Part shown: one piece after another, positions 46,999-52,249 of the stretch | Layout: each line of letters begins with the position of its first letter | Position numbering within the stretch: the first letter of the stretch is position 1 | Source of the DNA: a virus | Taxonomy: Duplodnaviria > Caudoviricetes | Length of the DNA: 52,249 nucleotides | Reading direction: 5' to 3' (one strand) | Virus record (IMG/VR): IMGVR_UViG_3300035135_001583 | Location: 1 to 52,249 of that record | The notes under the pieces: model-generated | Told to the model about the DNA's origin: nothing | What the model saw: the letters and a program-made list of their open reading frames with translations, nothing else | Databases searched by the model: none | Translations under genes and position numbers: made by a program

Positions 46999-47157
46999 TC
47001 AGTTCTCGAACCTTTCTGTATAGTCAGGTTGGGGAACTTGTCTTTTCTTACTTGCCTTGTTTAATAATGCATCAGCACGGGTGTCAGTGATGAGCACCAT
47101 ACCCTTTTTTACAAATTCATCGCCATAATCTACGGGTGTCTTTCTAGGAATGGACAT
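46999..47157 (-). CDS. Small hypothetical protein (52 aa, not in ORF track)
   Basis: Hand translation MSIPRKTPVDYGDEFVKKGMVLITDTRADALLNKASKKRQVPQPDYTERFEN; AGGAGA Shine-Dalgarno. Confidence 0.8.
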   Translation of the reverse strand: MSIPRKTPVDYGDEFVKKGMVLITDTRADALLNKASKKRQVPQPDYTERFEN

Positions 47158-47208
47158 CAAACGTCTCCTAATGGTTTGCAGGAGAACTTTTTACGGGGTT
47201 CTATCCCG
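47158..47208 (-). promoter_or_regulatory. Candidate structured mRNA leader (H-type pseudoknot plus anti-SD hairpin)
   Basis: CGGG-AT-AGAAC-CCCG-TAAAAA-GTTCT; TCTCCT can pair with the AGGAGA Shine-Dalgarno. Confidence 0.5.
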
Positions 47209-47214
47209 ACTTAA

Positions 47215-47221
47215 TATTTAG
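47215..47221 (-). promoter_or_regulatory. Late promoter CTAAATA
   Basis: tatttag directly downstream of a terminator. Confidence 0.75.
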
Positions 47222-47227
47222 GACCAT

Positions 47228-47250
47228 AAAAAAAGGGCGCATCAGCGCCC
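47228..47250 (-). terminator. Intrinsic terminator
   Basis: Minus strand GGGCGC-TGAT-GCGCCC-TTTTTTT; loop carries the upstream TGA stop. Confidence 0.85.
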
Positions 47251-47754
47251 AGTCCAGTGATTGTTAGGTCTTTCCCACCAAAAATGGAGATCTTCGACCT
47301 CATCATCGTAAACATTACCGACGATATCGCTCTGAAACTTACTATGAACGTTTTCGTACATAGTTAGAGTGGTAAATTCGCACTCTGGAGCGATATTTTT
47401 AAGAACATTAGTGATCCAGGTGTAATTTCCACCTCTAATAACGCCAGCTTCGATCAAAACGAAGCGTTTCCACATCCATCTCCAGTCTACAAGGTTCTGA
47501 GCGAAGGTAACTTCGTACTCATACTTGTCTTCATCGGGAAATGGGACGTTAACGGACTCGATATGGTACATTTCGCCGTCTTTTGACAACCAATGCGCCA
47601 ACAATTGTGTAACAATAGCGGAATAATCAGGAGATACGCACAAAAAGCACGTATCTTTAGGGTCCCAATCATATTCCATCATCTGAATTCTGTAAGTTAG
47701 TGCTTCAATGAGCGCCAACTCTGTGTCACGGGAGACATACAGAAGCTTCTTCAT
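47242..47754 (-). CDS. Type I phosphoribosyltransferase-fold protein with degenerate PRPP loop
   Basis: RFVLIEAGVIRGGNY resembles the VLxVDDxxxTGGT loop; flanking CFLCVSPDYSAIVTQLLAHWL and SDIVG...LHFWWE match the Gpt/Hpt layout. Confidence 0.6.
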   Translation of the reverse strand: MKKLLYVSRDTELALIEALTYRIQMMEYDWDPKDTCFLCVSPDYSAIVTQLLAHWLSKDGEMYHIESVNVPFPDEDKYEYEVTFAQNLVDWRWMWKRFVLIEAGVIRGGNYTWITNVLKNIAPECEFTTLTMYENVHSKFQSDIVGNVYDDEVEDLHFWWERPNNHWTGR

Positions 47755-47905
47755 CGATATTGTAAGTCGGAGGGTGGAATGTACAGTATTCGTTGAACGT
47801 GATCTTCATTTCTTTGTTAGTAAGACCACAGTGGACCGCTGCTTTGGGCAAATTCCACTTAGCAGTGAACAGCATCTCCATAGATTTGCGGGTCTCGGGT
47901 CTCAT
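47726..47905 (-). CDS. Hypothetical protein (59 aa, not in ORF track)
   Basis: Hand translation MRPETRKSMEMLFTAKWNLPKAAVHCGLTNKEMKITFNEYCTFHPPTYNIDEEASVCLP; ATGA coupling with the upstream ORF. Confidence 0.75.
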   Translation of the reverse strand: MRPETRKSMEMLFTAKWNLPKAAVHCGLTNKEMKITFNEYCTFHPPTYNIDEEASVCLP

Positions 47906-48039
47906 TTACCCTGACCACGGTACGCTTTCTTAGCGCCATTGCGTGAAGATGCAGCAAGTTTAGTATTAGAAGACTTACCCTGGCGAGTTTTCTTGGGGCG
48001 AGCGGGCGTGTAGCCCATAGATTTTCCGTAAAGTGCCAT
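47902..48039 (-). CDS. Small highly basic protein (45 aa, not in ORF track)
   Basis: Hand translation MALYGKSMGYTPARPKKTRQGKSSNTKLAASSRNGAKKAYRGQGK; directly follows the PAAR stop. Confidence 0.75.
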   Translation of the reverse strand: MALYGKSMGYTPARPKKTRQGKSSNTKLAASSRNGAKKAYRGQGK

Positions 48040-48609
48040 TTAATTAGAACAAAGTGTTTCAGCGTTGTCTCCAGGTGCGGAGTTTGGTCCGTCGCTAGGT
48101 CCATCTTTACCTTGACCTCCACCAATAGATGGGATACCAAGGATAGGAAATGCACCTGCTAGGAGACCAGCTGCTGCAGCAGCGGCAGCAAGAGCAGCGA
48201 TTGCGCTACCTCCACTGCATAATAGCACATTAGGTGCACCTACGGCAATACTTGATCCGCAACCAACTGAGTCTGCAATCTTTCCAATAGGTTTTCTAGC
48301 AGCACAGTACTTAGGTGCTAGTGCAGCAAGGATAGCATCTGTCTCTACATCACCTGTTTTACTGCTAGGAACAGGAATTCCAGGAACTCCTACCCCTCCC
48401 ATCACTGTTGCACAGGATGCAACAACAGCACCAGGGTGACACGCAGGGTTTTTACCACACGGTTTACAGTGAATAACACGAACATCCCCTGTAGAAAGAG
48501 GAAATTGCTTGGTCACCATCACGTTTGTGATCTGTGCAACCGCAAAATTAGCTGGTGGCCAGCAACCGTGACCAGTACATACACCAGATTGTAGTGCTAA
48601 TGCCGCCAT
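48040..48609 (-). CDS. PAAR-domain spike tip protein (gp5.4-like) with extensions
   Basis: CTGHGCWPP, IHC...CHPG and IGKIADSVGCGSSIAVGAPNV metal-binding PAAR pattern. Confidence 0.85.
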   Translation of the reverse strand: MAALALQSGVCTGHGCWPPANFAVAQITNVMVTKQFPLSTGDVRVIHCKPCGKNPACHPGAVVASCATVMGGVGVPGIPVPSSKTGDVETDAILAALAPKYCAARKPIGKIADSVGCGSSIAVGAPNVLLCSGGSAIAALAAAAAAAGLLAGAFPILGIPSIGGGQGKDGPSDGPNSAPGDNAETLCSN

Positions 48610-51264
48610 TTAGACAAATTCGTGTTGGAAAGTATGGTCGTTGCGCAAATGTTGGGCGATTTCGGTCTCTTTTTTGCCCCTAACCGTATTTAGAAGCGTA
48701 ACAGAACCGTCACCATTGTGCCTTACACCATCATAATGCGCAATTTCACGGGATTTTTTGTATACATACGCGCTTCCACCAGATTTTCCGACAAAAAGAC
48801 GCGCTCTTGCGGTAGCATTGACCACGGAGGGCGCGGTAAACACCAAATCTGCGGCGCTAAACGTCAAATCTGACGGTTGTATGAGGAGGAATGCACGCTT
48901 TGTGTTGATTTCATACGTTCCAGCGGGTATTGCTTGAGACATTGTGATCTCATTTGCAAGAATATCGATCGATGCCACGGAAATTGTAGGGTCATCAAAC
49001 CCTTCGACAAGCATTCCAGCAGTAACATCCTCTAATTCAAAGAGAGGATCCGAGAATTCAACAGAATCGACGCTTACTGTAACACTTCCATCCGCAGTAA
49101 CAGTCATTGCAACACCAGGGACAACACGCAATATCTCATTTTGTGTCATCGTGCCGCTACTAGAGGTAACTCTCAACCCTAGGAACAACTTATCGTAGTC
49201 ATCCATATCAACATTGAATACAAATTGACTACCTGCATTAAGATCTCCTACACCATAGATCTCGGGGTCTGGTGGAGAAACAGTGACAATAGGTTCTTGT
49301 ACATAACCAGAACCAGGGTTGACGATATTGTAACCAGAGATTCTACCGTTACTAACATTTGCTGTCACAACAGGAAGCGATCCGCCTTCTAGATCTGGTT
49401 CGTTGAAGGTTATTGTAGGTTCATTCATATAACCATTACCGATATTGATCGGTTCCATTTCTTGAATACCACGCCCTTGGATATCATAATTGTTGAACTC
49501 CATATAACCATAAGAAGGAAGTTCCTTGGCATCGTAATCAAATACGACAAACTCATCGTTACTAGGATTAATGAAGTCCTTAATCTGCGCAACCTTAACA
49601 GTACCGTCACCACCTTGACGTTCAACAACATCTTCTAGGTTATCTCTATGGGTACTCCAGTTCGCTTCAATAGTATTAGATGTATTGAATACCTTCGTAA
49701 GGAGTTGACCAAATCCAGGGTTAGCAAGTTGTTGCTGTGATGTAGTTTCCTCACCAGTTTCAGGATCAGTTGTGGTAACATCTCCCATATAATACTGACG
49801 AGTACAGATCCATTTACCAACAATAGTGTAGTTTAGAATTTTCTCGCCGTTCTTATGTGGGTCATAACTAAAGACAGACCACTTAAGTTTTTCTCCTGGT
49901 GGCGGAACAGAACGGAATGAGTGTGTACACCACTCTTGCTGAATCTCGATATACACATTAGAAGGCAAATACGTTGCAGTATCGCTCATCAGCTGATCTG
50001 TAAAGTCATTAGCAGCAATAGCATAATCAATAGCACCTGCAACTTCACAGAATGTAGTACGCATCTTCTTGTACATATCAGAAGATTCTCTATACTCAGG
50101 TTCTATTTTTTTATCAGTAATCTCTTCAGTAGACTTAGAAGTATCGATAATAGTTGAATAGTTTTCCTGTACATTAGCAGGAGCACTAATCGCACTAGTT
50201 AATTTCTCCATATTTTCAGGACTGCCGAATGTAAAATCGCACAGAAGATCATCAAAGTATTCTTTAGTCGCCGCTTTGATTTGATTCTCTAAATTAATGT
50301 TAGTTTTATTTGTAAAGGGTATAGGATCACCCGTCTGCTGTTTATCTAAAGTTTGTTCTCTTCCAAGTATAGGTTCCGCTTTATAGACACCAGTTTCTAC
50401 AGCATTGGGTCTTGTAGATTCTCTACTACAAGTAAACTCTTTTTGACCCCACACCTCACTATGCGCTTGAGGTACAAGTCCCAAGAAGTCAGACATCTCA
50501 CAATTGCTTCCTGGTGAATTAGGACCAAACATTTCATCCCAACCAACAGTTTGGTCAGGATACTCCGCAATATCTCCACAAATGTCTACTAAGGTATCAC
50601 ATTTCGGTGCTAACCACTTTGTATAACAAACCTCTTTAGGATAAGCATAGAACCCGCTTAGCGTTGCTCTGATAACAGGTTGTGCTCCTTGGTTAATCGC
50701 AGGTAACTGAGTAACAGGATCAATACCATAGGAAAGGGTTTCGTCAGTATCTTGCCACCCTGCAATACATTCGGCGGTCGCGTTACTGGAGGACCCTGTT
50801 ACATTATACCCAGGAAAGTTACCACTTGCACTTCCTTCTACAAATTCAATAATATGCAAGGCACCGTTCTCACGAAAGCGATGCCAATCTTTGACAATCG
50901 CAGTAGCACCATTAGTTGCTGTAACAGTCTCCCCTGGTTTGAAGTTTGCTGATGGGTCACGCACGGAAATTCGCTCCGTGAAACTATCGCACAACCACAT
51001 CGAAAAGTATTGCTCGTCACCAGAAACTTCAATACTTACTGGGACGTATGTACAACGATCAGATTCATCATCACCACTAACAGGTGTTAACGTAAAATAA
51101 TACTCGAAATATTCCTCATCCTCACTAGTGCCTAACCTAGGTACTTGATCAGTGCCACCACCTCTCCCACCACCTACAGAAGACCCCATAGGACTTCCAT
51201 ATGGTGATGAGATAACTAGACCTCCCTCAGGAGTGCTGGCGGAACCATCAAAGTGATTGGACAT
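48610..51264 (-). CDS. Acidic 884-aa baseplate-associated structural protein
   Basis: Contains FKPGETVT...ATAIVKDW and INIGNGY...PTITF / IVNPGSGY...PIVTV modules also present in gp7 and gp8; abuts the PAAR gene. Confidence 0.75.
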   Translation of the reverse strand: MSNHFDGSASTPEGGLVISSPYGSPMGSSVGGGRGGGTDQVPRLGTSEDEEYFEYYFTLTPVSGDDESDRCTYVPVSIEVSGDEQYFSMWLCDSFTERISVRDPSANFKPGETVTATNGATAIVKDWHRFRENGALHIIEFVEGSASGNFPGYNVTGSSSNATAECIAGWQDTDETLSYGIDPVTQLPAINQGAQPVIRATLSGFYAYPKEVCYTKWLAPKCDTLVDICGDIAEYPDQTVGWDEMFGPNSPGSNCEMSDFLGLVPQAHSEVWGQKEFTCSRESTRPNAVETGVYKAEPILGREQTLDKQQTGDPIPFTNKTNINLENQIKAATKEYFDDLLCDFTFGSPENMEKLTSAISAPANVQENYSTIIDTSKSTEEITDKKIEPEYRESSDMYKKMRTTFCEVAGAIDYAIAANDFTDQLMSDTATYLPSNVYIEIQQEWCTHSFRSVPPPGEKLKWSVFSYDPHKNGEKILNYTIVGKWICTRQYYMGDVTTTDPETGEETTSQQQLANPGFGQLLTKVFNTSNTIEANWSTHRDNLEDVVERQGGDGTVKVAQIKDFINPSNDEFVVFDYDAKELPSYGYMEFNNYDIQGRGIQEMEPINIGNGYMNEPTITFNEPDLEGGSLPVVTANVSNGRISGYNIVNPGSGYVQEPIVTVSPPDPEIYGVGDLNAGSQFVFNVDMDDYDKLFLGLRVTSSSGTMTQNEILRVVPGVAMTVTADGSVTVSVDSVEFSDPLFELEDVTAGMLVEGFDDPTISVASIDILANEITMSQAIPAGTYEINTKRAFLLIQPSDLTFSAADLVFTAPSVVNATARARLFVGKSGGSAYVYKKSREIAHYDGVRHNGDGSVTLLNTVRGKKETEIAQHLRNDHTFQHEFV

Positions 51265-51528
51265 TTAGAAACCTAACTCTTGTTTTAACTCCATCGCTAG
51301 TAAACGACTCTCAACATCATCAAGATAATGTGCTAATGTCTCGTGCTTGGTCTTCCCAGGTCGGCGGTACATAATCTTTTGCTGTGCCATAGCATCAGGT
51401 ACTTGCGCTATAAGCTTCTCTAAGGCACCTACACGCTCCTCTAAGACCTTGATATACTCTCTTAGTAGTCTAGGGTCCTCGGAGACCTCAGGCAACCGCA
51501 TTGGGGTTGATTTTGACGACTCTTGCAT
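51265..51528 (-). CDS. Small coiled-coil protein
   Basis: IKVLEERVGALEK...IMYRRPG...LAHYLDDVESRL; start uncertain. Confidence 0.75.
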   Translation of the reverse strand: MQESSKSTPMRLPEVSEDPRLLREYIKVLEERVGALEKLIAQVPDAMAQQKIMYRRPGKTKHETLAHYLDDVESRLLAMELKQELGF

Positions 51529-51703
51529 TTGGTTTCAATTCTTGGATTTTAATCAGATTTTTCTCTGCGGTCGCCAAGGTCCTGAAATGATGTGCAGACT
51601 CAGGATCGGCATTCCACGAAGAATCCTCTTTCCAGTATATCATACCCTTCACAAAGTTTCCACTGTGGGGCGCTGCGATAGTCCAGTATTCTTTACGTGC
51701 CAT
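51488..51703 (-). CDS. Hypothetical protein
   Basis: 71 aa, AAGGA Shine-Dalgarno, first gene after the late promoter. Confidence 0.75.
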   Translation of the reverse strand: MARKEYWTIAAPHSGNFVKGMIYWKEDSSWNADPESAHHFRTLATAEKNLIKIQELKPNARVVKINPNAVA

Positions 51704-51758
51704 ATCAAAATTCCTTAAAGGGCGTTTTTATACAGAAAAAAATTTTTCATTCCTTCAA

Positions 51759-51765
51759 TATTTAG
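51759..51765 (-). promoter_or_regulatory. Late promoter CTAAATA heading the baseplate operon
   Basis: tatttag in the intergenic region. Confidence 0.65.
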
Positions 51766-51858
51766 ATGTCGAATTCGGGTCGTTATAGATTGCGCTTGGC
51801 GAATTCTCTATACAAACGCCCCCCCTTAATTAACAGTCAGAGGGGACGTGAGTTAGTG

Positions 51859-52002
51859 TTACTTAGTGGCGCACGCTGACTGTAAACCAGCGGTGCACAG
51901 TTTCTGCATTTTAGCGTCCTGCATCTCAGAGACTGAGGTGATCGCTTGGGTACCGATCAGAGTACCGAAGAAGACGGTCAGGGCGAGGAGGGCGATTCGC
52001 AT
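51859..52002 (-). CDS. Small protein with N-terminal hydrophobic helix (47 aa), early type
   Basis: MRIALLALTVFFGTLIGTQAITSV...; ATG at 52002 preceded by an A/C-rich leader and TATAAT. Confidence 0.65.
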   Translation of the reverse strand: MRIALLALTVFFGTLIGTQAITSVSEMQDAKMQKLCTAGLQSACATK

Positions 52003-52023
52003 TGGTTGGTTGCTGTTGCTGTA

Positions 52024-52029
52024 ATTATA
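52024..52029 (-). promoter_or_regulatory. Sigma70-type -10 box TATAAT (early promoter candidate)
   Basis: attata on plus strand; no canonical -35, inverted repeat directly upstream. Confidence 0.45.
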
Positions 52030-52040
52030 GCGGATCGGGG

Positions 52041-52241
52041 TCAGTCCCGATCGCTGATGTTCCAGACTCCCCACTGTCCACCGTCATCGATCAGGTCGTT
52101 CGCAGCACGGCGGCAGGCACGGGCGCGGCGGTCAGACTCGATGCACTCCATCGCGATGGACTTCAGGAAGGGGTTGGATGCATAGATGCCATCCTCATCG
52201 AACAGGGATTGTGCCATAGGGAAATCAGAGGGTCGTGCCAT
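52041..52241 (-). CDS. Hypothetical early-type protein (66 aa)
   Basis: ORF preceded by ACAAACCA-ATG, similar to the neighbouring gene's leader. Confidence 0.65.
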   Translation of the reverse strand: MARPSDFPMAQSLFDEDGIYASNPFLKSIAMECIESDRRARACRRAANDLIDDGGQWGVWNISDRD

Positions 52242-52249
52242 TGGTTTGT

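Noticed and set aside
47183-47208. Calling the leader pseudoknot a preQ1-I riboswitch
   Set aside because: Topology is similar, but the loop is shorter than I would expect, I cannot match the ligand-binding nucleotides, and no queuosine genes are adjacent; kept only as an unassigned structured leader.
47859-48155. 98-aa minus-strand ORF from the track
   Set aside because: Overlaps the PAAR end and two better-supported, translationally coupled small ORFs (47902-48039, 47726-47905) in other frames.
51859-52074. 71-aa version of the small terminal ORF
   Set aside because: The extension crosses the TATAAT box and the neighbouring gene; ATG at 52002 fits the leader pattern better.
1-52249. CRISPR arrays, tRNAs, rRNAs, integrases, transposases, homing endonucleases, introns or inteins
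   Set aside because: None recognised; coding density is nearly continuous and intergenic gaps are short. An intein within the very large ORFs was not evident but was not excluded computationally.

Overview
A 52 kb segment of a T4-like cyanomyovirus (Synechococcus/Prochlorococcus phage) genome, almost all coded on the minus strand. In transcription order (right to left) it holds: short GC-richer early-type ORFs; an 884-aa baseplate-associated protein; a PAAR (gp5.4-like) spike tip; small conserved ORFs and a PRTase-fold gene; baseplate genes gp25, gp6, gp7 (3784 aa) and gp8; a 2749-aa VrlC/DUF4815-like structural protein; a block of nine modular fibre/adaptor genes ending in a 1792-aa protein; gp13, gp14, gp15 and gp16. 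After gp16 comes the variable island: membrane and signal-peptide proteins (three on the plus strand) and the host-derived genes petE, PTOX and gnd. T4-type late promoters (TATAAATA/CTAAATA) and intrinsic terminators punctuate the region. Best leads: (1) recurring terminal peptides and partner domains suggesting a daisy-chained fibre assembly system; (2) a late-transcript leader in which a pseudoknot competes with an anti-Shine-Dalgarno hairpin; (3) a divergently transcribed cassette of exported proteins whose third gene lacks a nearby start codon; (4) a very Trp/Tyr-rich insert in the 1792-aa protein. Annotations rest on motif recognition and gene order; no database search was run.
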